Of a DNA stretch of 54,153 bases, positions 11,194-21,352 are shown piece by piece. The notes under the pieces were generated by a model. That model did no database searches and was not told the DNA's origin. It was given only the letters and a program-made list of their open reading frames with translations. The stretch comes from an uncultured Flavobacteriales bacterium (lineage in GTDB: Bacteria; Bacteroidota; Bacteroidia; Flavobacteriales; UBA7312): NCBI GenBank assembly GCA_964004705.1, contig CAXFOQ010000004.1, positions 1 through 54,153 on the forward strand, written 5' to 3'. Positions within the stretch are counted from its first letter, which is position 1; every line of letters starts with the position of its first letter. Made by a program: the position numbers and the translations under genes.

Positions 11194-11469
11194 TTACTTT
11201 AATATAATTTCTTTGATTTCACTTTCTTGAAAATTATCGTTTATATTCTTTAATAACTTGTCTTTACTGTAAGAAAGTTCACTTCTTAAACTTGATGAGT
11301 TGAGTTTAATAATCAACTTTTCATCCATTACATGAATATCTTTGATATAGTTCAATAGATTTTTTCCAAGGACGTTTTTAACAACTTCCTGAATATCAAT
11401 TTTTCTTAGGCCCTCAGAAATTTTAGGCTTTTTAGTAATTTTCTTTATTAGAGAATCTATTTTTTTCAT
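11194..11469 (-). CDS. DUF721/DciA-family protein, copy 1
   Basis: Small gene coupled to recF (TGATG overlap) with LIIKLNSSSLRSELSYSK. Homologous to 29109-29402. Confidence 0.75.
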   Translation of the reverse strand: MKKIDSLIKKITKKPKISEGLRKIDIQEVVKNVLGKNLLNYIKDIHVMDEKLIIKLNSSSLRSELSYSKDKLLKNINDNFQESEIKEIILK

Positions 11470-12548
11470 CAAAGACTAAAAATTATATAGTTAGTTCTAA
11501 GTTTTTTTAAAAGTTCATTGCATCTTTTCTCACTAGTATCAGTTATAAAAACTTGAGAAAAAAATCCTTTATCAACTAGACTTAACAACTCCTCTACTCT
11601 ATTGTTATCTAGTTTGTCAAATATATCATCCAATAATAAAATTGGTTTAATATTATTTATTTTTTCAAGTAATTCGAATTGGGCTAACTTTAATGAAACT
11701 AAAAAAGTTTTATGTTGTCCTTGAGATCCAAACTTTTTGATTAATCTATTATCCATAATCAGTGAAATATCGTCTTTATGAGGACCGTGAGTTGTTGATT
11801 TACTTATCTTATCAATTTCTAAATTTTGATTTAGTAATTCGCTCATACTATTGTCGTTTAGATGAGAGATATATTCTAGATTTACTGTCTCATTGCTTTT
11901 TGATATGATTGCATAGAATTTTTGAAAAATACTGTTGATTTCTTTGACAAATTTTTTTCTACTTTCAAAGATATATTTGCTTTTTTGTGATAAAGTATAA
12001 TTGAATGCTTCGATTGTAATATTATCAATTTTAGCACCTTCACTAATGCTTTTTAATAATTTATTTCTCTGCTTTAATGCCCTGTTATATTCGATTAAAT
12101 TAGTTAGGTAATTATTATCAAATTGAGAAATACTCGAATTTAGATATCTTCTTCTCACGTCAGGTCCTTCAATAATAAGATTAGAGTCTGTTGGAGAAAT
12201 TATTACAACAGGGAATTTTCCAATGTGATCAGAAAATCTCTTATATCTTTTACCATTTATTTTAATTATTTTATTTGTGTTTTTTGATAAACTACATATT
12301 AGTTCATAATCATCTTCTTCTTTTATGAAATTTCCTTTAAGAGTAAAATAGTCATTATCAAAGTTAATATTAAGAGCATCGGAGCTATTGTAATAACTTT
12401 TTGTTAAACACAGATAATGAATTGCATCCAATACGTTTGTTTTTCCAATACCATTTTTTCCTACAAAACAATTGATACCATCGATAAGATTAAAATTAGA
12501 TTCTAAATGATTTTTGAAATTATTTAAATAAATGTTTGATAGTTGCAT
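11469..12548 (-). CDS. recF: DNA replication/repair protein RecF, copy 1
   Basis: LNNFKNH, Walker A GKNGIGKTN, GSQGQHKT and LLLDDIFDKLD. Start placed at the ATG at 12548. Confidence 0.95.
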   Translation of the reverse strand: MQLSNIYLNNFKNHLESNFNLIDGINCFVGKNGIGKTNVLDAIHYLCLTKSYYNSSDALNINFDNDYFTLKGNFIKEEDDYELICSLSKNTNKIIKINGKRYKRFSDHIGKFPVVIISPTDSNLIIEGPDVRRRYLNSSISQFDNNYLTNLIEYNRALKQRNKLLKSISEGAKIDNITIEAFNYTLSQKSKYIFESRKKFVKEINSIFQKFYAIISKSNETVNLEYISHLNDNSMSELLNQNLEIDKISKSTTHGPHKDDISLIMDNRLIKKFGSQGQHKTFLVSLKLAQFELLEKINNIKPILLLDDIFDKLDNNRVEELLSLVDKGFFSQVFITDTSEKRCNELLKKLRTNYIIFSL

Positions 12549-12601
12549 CTGAATTTTGATTCGATGTTTTTTTAAAAAGTAAATATACAATCTAAAAAAC
12601 T

Positions 12602-12609
12602 TATATTTG
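12602..12609 (+). promoter_or_regulatory. Bacteroidota -7 promoter box (TATATTTG) for the TPR-ribH operon
   Basis: Exact TAnnTTTG upstream of the ATG at 12632. Confidence 0.65.
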
Positions 12610-12631
12610 CACCTCTAAAAAACAATTTTTA

Positions 12632-13309
12632 ATGGCTAAAAAAGTAAATAAAACAGATCAGCAATTAGCGAATGTAGAACAAGCATTATCAAAGACTGAA
12701 CAGTTTATTGAAACCAATCAAAAGAAAATCACATACGTCGTTGGTGCAGTTGTTGCAGTAATTGCTCTATATTTTGGATATCAAAATATGTATCTCGCAC
12801 CGCTAGAAGAAGATGCTCAAACAGAAATGTTTATGGCTGAATTATATTTTCAAAAAGATTCTTTCGCTCTAGCATTAAATGGAGACGAACAATATGAAGG
12901 TTTTCTTTCCATTGCTGATGATTATGGACTAACTAAAGCTGGTAATCTAGCTAATTACTATGCAGGTCTATGCTATTTGAATTTAGGTGAATTTGAAAAT
13001 GCCATTGATTACTTTTCAGATTTTTCATCTGATGATATAATATTATCATCACTAGCATTAGGGTGCATTGGAGATTGTTACGCTGAACTAGATGATATTG
13101 ATACTGCACTTGATTTTTATAAAAAAGCATCTAAAAATAGCGACAATGGCTTCACAACTCCTAGATATTTGATGAAGCAAGCGAGAATACTTGAGTCTCA
13201 AGAAGATTTTGACGCTGCTAACGATCTTTATGTTAAAATCAAAGAAAATTACACTGAATCAATAGAAGCACAGAATATAGAAAAGTATATTTCTAGATCA
13301 AATAGATAA
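12632..13309 (+). CDS. Membrane-anchored TPR protein (YfgM-like), copy 1
   Basis: Single N-terminal TM segment then TPR units (AGNLANYYAGLCY). Sits upstream of ribH, and is homologous to 30608-31291. Confidence 0.82.
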   Translation: MAKKVNKTDQQLANVEQALSKTEQFIETNQKKITYVVGAVVAVIALYFGYQNMYLAPLEEDAQTEMFMAELYFQKDSFALALNGDEQYEGFLSIADDYGLTKAGNLANYYAGLCYLNLGEFENAIDYFSDFSSDDIILSSLALGCIGDCYAELDDIDTALDFYKKASKNSDNGFTTPRYLMKQARILESQEDFDAANDLYVKIKENYTESIEAQNIEKYISRSNR

Positions 13310-13779
13310 TGTCTTCTCAAAATCTGTCTACTTTCAATAAAAACGATATTGGTGATTGTAGTCACTTAAAAGTCGGAATTGTTTGTTCAAAATGGAATAG
13401 CGACATTACTGATAATTTATATGATGGAGCATATTCAACATTAATTAAATTAGGTGTTAATAAAGAAAATATCATTTCTTACAAAGTTCCGGGTAGCTTC
13501 GAGCTTGTTTATGCGGCTAATAAGATGTCTAGCAAAGATGTTGATGCAATAATATGTTTAGGTTGTGTAATAAGAGGTGAAACTAGTCATTTCGATTATA
13601 TATGTAATTCTGTTTCAAATGGAATAATGAACTTAAATATTGAACTTGATATTCCTGTAATTTTCGGAGTACTTACTGATAACACCAAACAACAATCAAT
13701 AGATAGGTCTGGTGGTAAATTAGGTAATAAAGGAGTAGAAGCAGCTGTTACTGCTGTACAAATGGCTCTTTTAAAATAA
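13309..13779 (+). CDS. ribH: 6,7-dimethyl-8-ribityllumazine synthase, copy 1
   Basis: SKWNSDIT, VPGSFEL, LGCVIRGETSHFDY and GNKGVEAA motifs. TAATG overlap with the upstream gene. Confidence 0.97.
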   Translation: MSSQNLSTFNKNDIGDCSHLKVGIVCSKWNSDITDNLYDGAYSTLIKLGVNKENIISYKVPGSFELVYAANKMSSKDVDAIICLGCVIRGETSHFDYICNSVSNGIMNLNIELDIPVIFGVLTDNTKQQSIDRSGGKLGNKGVEAAVTAVQMALLK

Positions 13780-13812
13780 TATTAAAAACCTTTTTTTCAT
13801 ATAGAAAAAAAT

Positions 13813-13820
13813 TAAATTTG
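13813..13820 (+). promoter_or_regulatory. -7 promoter box (TAAATTTG) for tRNA-Arg
   Basis: Exact TAnnTTTG ending 12 nt before the tRNA 5' end. Confidence 0.7.
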
Positions 13821-13831
13821 CAACCTGTTAT

Positions 13832-13905
13832 GGTCGCGTAGCTCAGCTGGATAGAGCATCTGCCTTCTAAGCAGACGGTCACAGGTTCGAATCCTGTCGC
13901 GATCA
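13832..13905 (+). tRNA. tRNA-Arg(TCT)
   Basis: Cloverleaf with acceptor GGTCGCG/CGCGATC, D arm GCTC/GAGC, anticodon arm TCTGC-CT-TCT-AA-GCAGA and T arm ACAGG-TTCGAAT-CCTGT. No encoded CCA. Confidence 0.97.
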
Positions 13906-13906
13906 C

Positions 13907-13941
13907 AAAAGAGCCCACCAATACAATTGATGGGCTTTTTT
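13907..13941 (+). terminator. Intrinsic, probably bidirectional terminator between tRNA-Arg and def
   Basis: AAAAGAGCCCA...TGGGCTTTTTT inverted repeat with A and T tracts. Confidence 0.75.
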
Positions 13942-14008
13942 AGTGCATAATGCGTTAGAAAATTGTAAAAAACTTTTTTTTAAAAATATGAGTTTAAAAA
14001 GCATCTAC

Positions 14009-14572
14009 CTACCTTTTTTTAAAAGGGAATTTCATGCGATAACCGACTTTTATATTACCTTTGGAAATATCGTTTAGTTTACGTTTCAATAGACGTTTCT
14101 TAATAGCACTTAGGTAATCAGTAAAAAGTACTCCTTCAACATGGTCGTATTCGTGTTGTATAATTCGAGCTTTAGTTCCATCATATTCTTCCTCTATAGT
14201 ATTAAAATCTTGGTCTTGATAACGTATACGAACTTTAGAAAGACGCGATATATCTTCTCTAATACTTGGAATAGACAAACAACCTTCGCTAAAATTCCAT
14301 TTATCGCCACTTTCTTCCACTATTTTCGGGTTAATGAATACCTTTCGAAAGCCTTCCATATCAGCATCTTCATCGGCAAAGGGACTACCATCAACAATAA
14401 ATAGACGGATACTCCTACCAATTTGAGGTGCTGCTAAACCCACTCCATTAGCTTCATACATAGTTTCAAACATATCGTTAATAAGCTTGTCTAAGTTGGG
14501 GTAATCGCTTGAAATATCTTCAGCTTTCTGTTTCAAAACCTTTGTTCCGTATGCTACAATAGGAATAATCAT
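14009..14572 (-). CDS. def: Peptide deformylase
   Basis: GVGLAAPQIG, EGCLS and QHEYDH motifs. Confidence 0.97.
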   Translation of the reverse strand: MIIPIVAYGTKVLKQKAEDISSDYPNLDKLINDMFETMYEANGVGLAAPQIGRSIRLFIVDGSPFADEDADMEGFRKVFINPKIVEESGDKWNFSEGCLSIPSIREDISRLSKVRIRYQDQDFNTIEEEYDGTKARIIQHEYDHVEGVLFTDYLSAIKKRLLKRKLNDISKGNIKVGYRMKFPFKKR

Positions 14573-15526
14573 CTATAGAAGCTCTTGAATAAGTTGTTCT
14601 ATACTAATGCCTTCTGCATCAGCTTGATAAGTTTTAACTAATCGATGTCTAAGTATAGGTTCAGCTACAGCTTTAACATCTTCTATATCTGGTGAGTACT
14701 TACCATTAATAGCAGCATGACATTTAGCTCCAACCACCAAGAACTGAGATGCTCTAGGCCCTGCTCCCCAAGAGATAAACTTATTAACACTTTCTGTTGC
14801 CATTAGAGTATTAGGACGTGTCTTTGCGACTAATCTAACTGCATATTCCATCACATTGTCAGTAACAGGTATTTTGCGTATCAATTGCTGATAGCTTATA
14901 ATTTGCTCAGCATCAAGCACTTTGTTCAAAATTACATTTCTATCTGATGTTGTACTTTTAATAACTTGTAGCTCCTCTTCATACGACGGGTAGTCCAAGA
15001 CAACATTAAACATAAAACGATCAAGTTGAGCTTCAGGTAATGGATAAGTACCTTCTTGTTCAATTGGGTTTTGTGTGGCTAAAACAAAGAAAGGTTTACC
15101 TAATTCATATCTAGTACCAGCTGCAGTTATAGCTTTTTCTTGCATAGCTTCTAATAATGCTGCTTGGGTTTTAGGAGGTGTTCTATTTATCTCATCGGCT
15201 AAAACAACATTAGCAAACAAAGGACCTTTTTTAAAAACAAATTGTCTGTTATCATCTAAAATTTCAGAACCAATAATATCCGACGGCATTAGATCGGGTG
15301 TAAACTGTATTCTATTAAACTTTAGACCTAATGACTGAGCAATAGTTTGAACTAATAAAGTTTTAGCTAAACCAGGTACTCCTACTAATAAACAATGACC
15401 CTGACTAAAAATAGATATAAGTACATTTTTTACAACTTTATCTTGACCAACAATTACCTTGGCTATTTCTTTTCGAAATTTTTCGTAAGATTCTTTAAAT
15501 CTATCTAGTTTTTCAACTTCAGACAT
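14573..15526 (-). CDS. MoxR-family AAA+ ATPase
   Basis: GVPGLAKT, RIQFTPDLMPSD, LADEINR and ATQNPIEQEGTYPLPEAQLDRF motifs. Confidence 0.95.
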   Translation of the reverse strand: MSEVEKLDRFKESYEKFRKEIAKVIVGQDKVVKNVLISIFSQGHCLLVGVPGLAKTLLVQTIAQSLGLKFNRIQFTPDLMPSDIIGSEILDDNRQFVFKKGPLFANVVLADEINRTPPKTQAALLEAMQEKAITAAGTRYELGKPFFVLATQNPIEQEGTYPLPEAQLDRFMFNVVLDYPSYEEELQVIKSTTSDRNVILNKVLDAEQIISYQQLIRKIPVTDNVMEYAVRLVAKTRPNTLMATESVNKFISWGAGPRASQFLVVGAKCHAAINGKYSPDIEDVKAVAEPILRHRLVKTYQADAEGISIEQLIQELL

Positions 15527-15534
15527 ATTCTAAT

Positions 15535-16860
15535 TTATTTTTTCCAATTATCTATCCAAACACAATCAAAATCTTCTTTTATATCAGTAAAGGTTTCTTT
15601 CAATATGTCTTTTTTCCATTTGTCCAAAGCATTCACTTTCTTTTCTTGAAGTGCTACACTTTGAATACGATCATAATCCTCTTTTAAACTCGCTTTATGC
15701 TCTTCTATTATTCTATCAACATTAATTATACGACAACCTTTGCGACCATCAAAACTAATAAAAACTGTAGGTCTAGAATATTCGCCTTCTTTAAGACCAT
15801 TTATTGTAGACGATACTGAAAATTCCAATTCTTCTAAAACAAATGATGAAGAACCAGTTTGAGGATTTACAATTCTTCCTCCGTTATTTTTTGATTCATC
15901 TTCTGAATACTTTATTGCTAATTGCTCAAATGATAAGCTGTCTTTAGCCATAAATTTAATAATACTATCCAATTTAGATTTAGCATTTTCTATAGATCTA
16001 GAGCTTATCTTTGGTTTTAGAAGTATGTGACGAACATTAAATTCTTGACCTCTTCTTTCAACCATTTGTATAAGGTGAAAACCAAACTTAGTTTCTACAA
16101 CATTAGATAATTCACCTTCTTGTAAACGAAAAGCTACAGACTCAAATTTTGGTACTAACTTACCCTTTTTAACGAAGCCTAAATCACCACCAACTTTTGA
16201 AGATCCTGGGTCTTCCGAATATAAAGAAGCTAAAAATGAAAAATCCTCACCATTTTGAACACGTTTCCTAAATCCTTTTAATTTTTTTGTTATTCGCTGC
16301 CTTTCTGATTCATCAACTTTAGGATACACAACTAATTGAGATAAGTATATTTCTTCAGGGAATATTGGTAAACTATCTTTAGGAATATTATTGTAAAATT
16401 TAAAAACCTCCTGTGGAGTGACTCTTAGATTTGAAGTAATTTTACTTTCCATACGCTGAGCTAAAAGCTGTTCTCTAAAGATTGTTTGGAATTCTTCTCT
16501 AATTTGTGAGATTGTCTTGTCAAAATACTCTTCTAACTTTTTTTCTGATCCTATCTGACTAATAAAATACTCCAAACGTTGGTCAATAGCATCATTTACT
16601 TGGACATCTGTAACAACTAAACTATCTACTTCTGCGTGATGAATGAGTAACTTTTGAAACATCAGTTCTTGCATTACTTCACACCTAAGGTTATTATTCT
16701 TCAAATCAGATACTTTAAGTTGTAAATACTGTTGCTCTACTTCAGATTTAAAAATGGCTTTATCGCCAATAACTGCCACAATTCCTTCAACTATTTCTTG
16801 TGCCACTAATGACAATGCAAAAAATTGAAATGAAATTATTAAAAAACTAATTTTTTTCAT
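15535..16860 (-). CDS. SurA-like parvulin-type peptidyl-prolyl isomerase
   Basis: Signal peptide, SurA-type N-domain (IVAVIGDKAIF) and parvulin motifs SEDPGS..GGDLG, TKFGFHLI and VRHIL. Start placed at the ATG at 16860. Confidence 0.88.
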   Translation of the reverse strand: MKKISFLIISFQFFALSLVAQEIVEGIVAVIGDKAIFKSEVEQQYLQLKVSDLKNNNLRCEVMQELMFQKLLIHHAEVDSLVVTDVQVNDAIDQRLEYFISQIGSEKKLEEYFDKTISQIREEFQTIFREQLLAQRMESKITSNLRVTPQEVFKFYNNIPKDSLPIFPEEIYLSQLVVYPKVDESERQRITKKLKGFRKRVQNGEDFSFLASLYSEDPGSSKVGGDLGFVKKGKLVPKFESVAFRLQEGELSNVVETKFGFHLIQMVERRGQEFNVRHILLKPKISSRSIENAKSKLDSIIKFMAKDSLSFEQLAIKYSEDESKNNGGRIVNPQTGSSSFVLEELEFSVSSTINGLKEGEYSRPTVFISFDGRKGCRIINVDRIIEEHKASLKEDYDRIQSVALQEKKVNALDKWKKDILKETFTDIKEDFDCVWIDNWKK

Positions 16861-17689
16861 AGCGAACATGATTTTTTGAAAGTGCGTTTTTATACAAATC
16901 CATTTCTACATTTTTGAGAAAATCAATCTTTCTTCTATTTATAATGATAGAATTAATTTGATTTCTGACCATTTCAAATGGAGAAACGCTTCCTTTTGAA
17001 ATATATTTTTTGACATAAAGAAAATAATAATAATCGTTGTCAGAAAATTCGATACTTTTACCCTTGTAAAATTTTCTTGATGTATAGTTGTCTTTTAAGA
17101 CTTTTAAGATATCGTCAACTCTTAACCAACTATCATCTATATAATAATCGTCAGCAAATTGATAACAATAATCTTCTAATAATAATCTACTTTCTTCATC
17201 TTCTTTTTTAAAAAGATGCTGAACTTTCCATAAATATGGGACTTCTTTTTTAAGCTTAATATAGTTGACTTTAACAACTGCACCACTCAAGACGAAATTT
17301 TGTTTGTTCTTTTCGTAATAAGACTCTATTTCATCATCATCAACTAACGTATCTAACTTTTGATTAAGTAGTTCTTTTTGGTATGAGTAAATCAAAAGTG
17401 ATTTTTCATAACTATCAACTTGGGATTGTACGTCTTGTAGATTTAAAGGAAGATTAATTTTAGCTTTTTGAACAAGGAGTTGTTCTTTTGCCCATTTTTC
17501 GCATAGTGCCTGAACTAACATTAAACTATCCTCACTACTTAATTCTGTAGGAATTAAATCTTTTATATCAGAAAAATACAATTTGTCACCATAAACCGTT
17601 ACAAGAAGCTTGTCAGTATCTTGTTTAAAAAAATTACATGAAAAAAGCCCTAAAAATAGAAATAATAACAATAAAGCTTTTTTTCTCAT
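16847..17689 (-). CDS. Lipoprotein associated with the PPIase cluster (degenerate parvulin-like)
   Basis: Lipobox LFSC. Lies between the two SurA-like genes, a conserved arrangement in Bacteroidota. Confidence 0.7.
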   Translation of the reverse strand: MRKKALLLLFLFLGLFSCNFFKQDTDKLLVTVYGDKLYFSDIKDLIPTELSSEDSLMLVQALCEKWAKEQLLVQKAKINLPLNLQDVQSQVDSYEKSLLIYSYQKELLNQKLDTLVDDDEIESYYEKNKQNFVLSGAVVKVNYIKLKKEVPYLWKVQHLFKKEDEESRLLLEDYCYQFADDYYIDDSWLRVDDILKVLKDNYTSRKFYKGKSIEFSDNDYYYFLYVKKYISKGSVSPFEMVRNQINSIIINRRKIDFLKNVEMDLYKNALSKNHVRYEKN

Positions 17690-17703
17690 AATTTGAATTA
17701 TTA

Positions 17704-19797
17704 TTAATCTATTAATTTGTAGATAACATCTGTATAAACTTGAGCAGGATATTTTTGTTCTAATTCAAGTTTAAAAGCAGCCTCTAGATATTTTTGATAA
17801 TTAGTAATTACCTGATTTTTTGCCTCTTCAAATGTTTTTTGTCCACCATTTTTCAATTCTCTAATATCTGCAAAAAATACTGATCCATCAAGATTAGTCT
17901 CATTATCGGTAAGACCATTGAACCAATGATTATCGATAACGCTACTTTTTCCTTTTTCAAAAGTACGAGATGAAATTGTTAAATTATTAGCTCTATAACG
18001 ATTCATTAGTTTTAAAATACTAGCATCACTTAGAAAAAATTCTCCTTTACCAAAATCTAAATAAATCATTTCTTCTGAAGTTAATACACTTGCATTATTT
18101 CGATTGTTGATCAGATTTCTCACTCTACTAGCTGTTAATTCATCGTTAGATGTGTAAACTGTTGTGAGTGCTCTTTCTTCCCATTGGTAATTTTCTTTTG
18201 TAAGATTGTAGTAATTCAATAAACCTAATGTGTCGTCTATAGCTTTTGACCATACTTTCTGATCCATTAAATCAAATAACATAATACCATCATGATATTC
18301 TTTCATTAGAAGTTTAAAATCTAGGTGTTTTTCTTCAAGTTTAGAGTCTTCGTAATCTAAACATGTCTTATTTACCCAGTCTTCATATCTTTCTTTTACA
18401 ACAGGACAACTATTTGTAGAGTCAACGTTAATTTTATTTACTGCTAAATAATCAGCAAAATCGTCTTGTGTGAAAACAATACCATCTAGTGTAAATATTG
18501 TTTTTCCTTCAGTTGTAAATGATGCTCTATCCCAAGTTTTATAATTAATTTCACAAAAGAGGTTAATGTTGTTAGAGTAATCTTCGAAATCAAAAATTAA
18601 CTTGTTCAAACGAGAAATATAAAAATCTTGTTGTCTAGAACGACTTTTTCCTTCTGAAAAATTGTACTCTTCTTTAATTCTGGATATCAGTGACTCTACA
18701 CCTCTGTTGCTTCTAGCATCTCTCTTTATTTTATTTTTGATATTAGCCTCAGCATCTTCAAATGACGGTATACCTCTTTTATCTAATAACTTAATCACGT
18801 GCCAACCATAAATAGTTTTAATAGGCTTGGAAATATCACCAGGAGATGATAAATTGAAGGCTGTATTTTCGAACTCTGGTACCATTTGACCTGTTCCAAA
18901 CCAAGGCAATTCACCTCTGTTTTTAGCTGAGCCTTTGTCGTCTGAAAATTTAGTCATTTCTTCAAATGTTGCTCCATCTTTCAAAGACTGAATTAACTGC
19001 TGAATTTTTTCTTGATTAGCAGTTTTTTCTTGTGAAGTAGCATCGTCTCTTTCCTCAATCATAATATGAGCTACTTTGACCTCTCCTCTATTAGCTCGTT
19101 TGTCAACAGATTTGAGGATATGATAACCAAATTGTGTTCTAAAAATATCAGATACCTTATCAACGGGAGTATTATATGCTGCAGATTCGAAAGGGTATAC
19201 CATTCTAAAAGCAGAAAAATAGCCTAGATCACCATAATTAGTTTTTGCTGAAGGGTCATTAGAGTATTTCTGAGCCAACAGATTAAAATCTTCACCCTTA
19301 AGAGCTCTATTTCTAAGTTCTTTGATAGTGTTATATGCATCCATAGTATCTTGAGGACTGGCATTTTCTGGAACAGTTATTAATATATGACTAGCACGAA
19401 CTTCATACTTCATTCTGTCATATGCCTCAGCTACCAACTCATCTTCAGCAGCTTGGTCTGTTAAATAAGGGCGAGCAAGTTGCTTTCTATATCCTGCTAA
19501 TTCTCTTTTAAAAGTTAAAGATGTATCCATTTGATTATCTTTAGCATACAATACTTTTCTTTTAAAGTCAATAAATAGATTAGTGTACTCATCAAGATAT
19601 TCTTTTGTGGTATTTTCTTCATTATTATTTTTGTTGAAAATAGATTCAAATTCTTGAAGTTGAACCTTTTCTGGCCCTACCTGCATTACTATATATGGGT
19701 CATCAGAAGGGGCCGATGAATTAATAGTAACGTTACCGTCTGCTATGGCTAAATTAGTAGTTAAAGCAAGGGTAAGTAAATTTAAAAATTTGTTCAT
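17704..19797 (-). CDS. Large periplasmic parvulin-type PPIase with two rotamase domains
   Basis: VRASHIL...YSNDPSA...GDLGYF...QFGYHI and VKVAHIM...SDDKGSA...GELPWF...YGWHVI. Confidence 0.88.
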   Translation of the reverse strand: MNKFLNLLTLALTTNLAIADGNVTINSSAPSDDPYIVMQVGPEKVQLQEFESIFNKNNNEENTTKEYLDEYTNLFIDFKRKVLYAKDNQMDTSLTFKRELAGYRKQLARPYLTDQAAEDELVAEAYDRMKYEVRASHILITVPENASPQDTMDAYNTIKELRNRALKGEDFNLLAQKYSNDPSAKTNYGDLGYFSAFRMVYPFESAAYNTPVDKVSDIFRTQFGYHILKSVDKRANRGEVKVAHIMIEERDDATSQEKTANQEKIQQLIQSLKDGATFEEMTKFSDDKGSAKNRGELPWFGTGQMVPEFENTAFNLSSPGDISKPIKTIYGWHVIKLLDKRGIPSFEDAEANIKNKIKRDARSNRGVESLISRIKEEYNFSEGKSRSRQQDFYISRLNKLIFDFEDYSNNINLFCEINYKTWDRASFTTEGKTIFTLDGIVFTQDDFADYLAVNKINVDSTNSCPVVKERYEDWVNKTCLDYEDSKLEEKHLDFKLLMKEYHDGIMLFDLMDQKVWSKAIDDTLGLLNYYNLTKENYQWEERALTTVYTSNDELTASRVRNLINNRNNASVLTSEEMIYLDFGKGEFFLSDASILKLMNRYRANNLTISSRTFEKGKSSVIDNHWFNGLTDNETNLDGSVFFADIRELKNGGQKTFEEAKNQVITNYQKYLEAAFKLELEQKYPAQVYTDVIYKLID

Positions 19798-19825
19798 TTT
19801 TTTTAAGATTAGTTATTAAATAAAT

Positions 19826-21289
19826 TTATCGACTATAATTAGGTGCCTCTTTAGTTATACTTACATCATGAGGGTGACTTTCTACCATTCCTGCAGATGT
19901 TATTCTAATAAATTTGGCTTCATAAAGTTCTGAAATATTATGCGCGCCACAATACCCCATTCCTGCTTTTAGTCCACCTATCATTTGATGAATTACCTCA
20001 TCTAAATTTCCTTTAAATGCTACTCTTCCAACAATACCTTCGGGAACTAATTTTTTGACATTATCTTCATTAGATTGAAAATATCGATCTTTAGAACCTG
20101 CTTGCATAGCTTCTACAGACCCCATACCTCTATAAGTTTTAAATTTTCTTCCTTCAAAGATAATAGTTTCACCAGGTGCTTCGTCAACACCTGCAAAAAT
20201 AGAACCCAACATTACAGAACTAGCACCAGCTACAATTGCTTTAACTAGATCTCCTGAATATCGAACACCACCATCAGCAATAATAGGAATACCACTATCT
20301 TTCAAGGCTTTAGATACACTCATTATGGCAGACAATTGTGGTAATCCGACACCAGCAACAACTCTTGTAGTACAAATTGAACCCGGGCCAATACCTACTT
20401 TGACAGCATCTACTCCAGCATCGGCTAAAGCAATAGCAGCTTGTTCTGTAGCTATATTGCCAGCTACAATATCTATTTCAAATTCGGATTTAAGTTTCTT
20501 GACGATATCAATTACTCCTTTACTATGACCATGAGCAGTATCCACAATAATAGCATCAACACCAGCATCTACTAAGGATTGAACACGTTCACTAACATCG
20601 GCTGTTACACCTACAGCTGCTGCAACTCTCAAACGACCATAGTTGTCTTTACAAGAATTGGGACGTGTTTTGTTTTTCATGATATCTTTATAAGTGATTA
20701 AACCAACCAATTTGCCATTTTCATCAACAACAGGTAATTTTTCGATTTTGTTGGTCTGTAAAATATCTTCTGCATTCTCCAAATCGGCCAGTTGTGTGGT
20801 GATCAAATCATCTAAATTAGTCATTACTTGAGAAATTGGTTTAAGTTGATTTTTCTCAAAACGTAAGTCTCTGTTAGTCACAATTCCCACTAGGTCACTA
20901 TTATCAGAAACGACAGGAATGCCACCAATTTTATTTTCCTTCATTATGTCGAGAGCATCACATACAGAAGAATCTTGTGCTAATGTAATAGGATCAAGAA
21001 TCATACCACTTTCAGAACGCTTCACCTTACGGACCTCTGCAGATTGTTCACTTATAGACATGTTTTTATGAAGAACACCTATCCCACCATCTTGAGCTAT
21101 AGAAATAGCCATTTTGGCTTCTGTCACAGTATCCATAGCAGCTGATACAATTGGAATATTTAATTTTATATTTCTAGAAAATTGCGTAGTTACATTGACT
21201 TGATGAGGTAAAATGTCAGAGTAGTCCGGCACAAGTAAGACATCGTCATAAGTTAAACCTTCACCTATTATTTTCTGATTGTAATCCAT
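19826..21289 (-). CDS. guaB: IMP dehydrogenase
   Basis: [19 protein letters not shown] pair, [11 protein letters not shown] and YRGMGS. Confidence 0.98.
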   Translation of the reverse strand: MDYNQKIIGEGLTYDDVLLVPDYSDILPHQVNVTTQFSRNIKLNIPIVSAAMDTVTEAKMAISIAQDGGIGVLHKNMSISEQSAEVRKVKRSESGMILDPITLAQDSSVCDALDIMKENKIGGIPVVSDNSDLVGIVTNRDLRFEKNQLKPISQVMTNLDDLITTQLADLENAEDILQTNKIEKLPVVDENGKLVGLITYKDIMKNKTRPNSCKDNYGRLRVAAAVGVTADVSERVQSLVDAGVDAIIVDTAHGHSKGVIDIVKKLKSEFEIDIVAGNIATEQAAIALADAGVDAVKVGIGPGSICTTRVVAGVGLPQLSAIMSVSKALKDSGIPIIADGGVRYSGDLVKAIVAGASSVMLGSIFAGVDEAPGETIIFEGRKFKTYRGMGSVEAMQAGSKDRYFQSNEDNVKKLVPEGIVGRVAFKGNLDEVIHQMIGGLKAGMGYCGAHNISELYEAKFIRITSAGMVESHPHDVSITKEAPNYSR

Positions 21290-21307
21290 ACTCTAAAATT
21301 AGTGTGG

Positions 21308-21315
21308 CAAATTTA
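21308..21315 (-). promoter_or_regulatory. -7 promoter box (TAAATTTG) for the guaB operon
   Basis: CAAATTTA on the + strand reads TAAATTTG on the - strand, 19 nt before the guaB start. Confidence 0.62.
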
Positions 21316-21352
21316 GTAAAATCTTGATTATATAGAAGAAAAATAATTGAGA

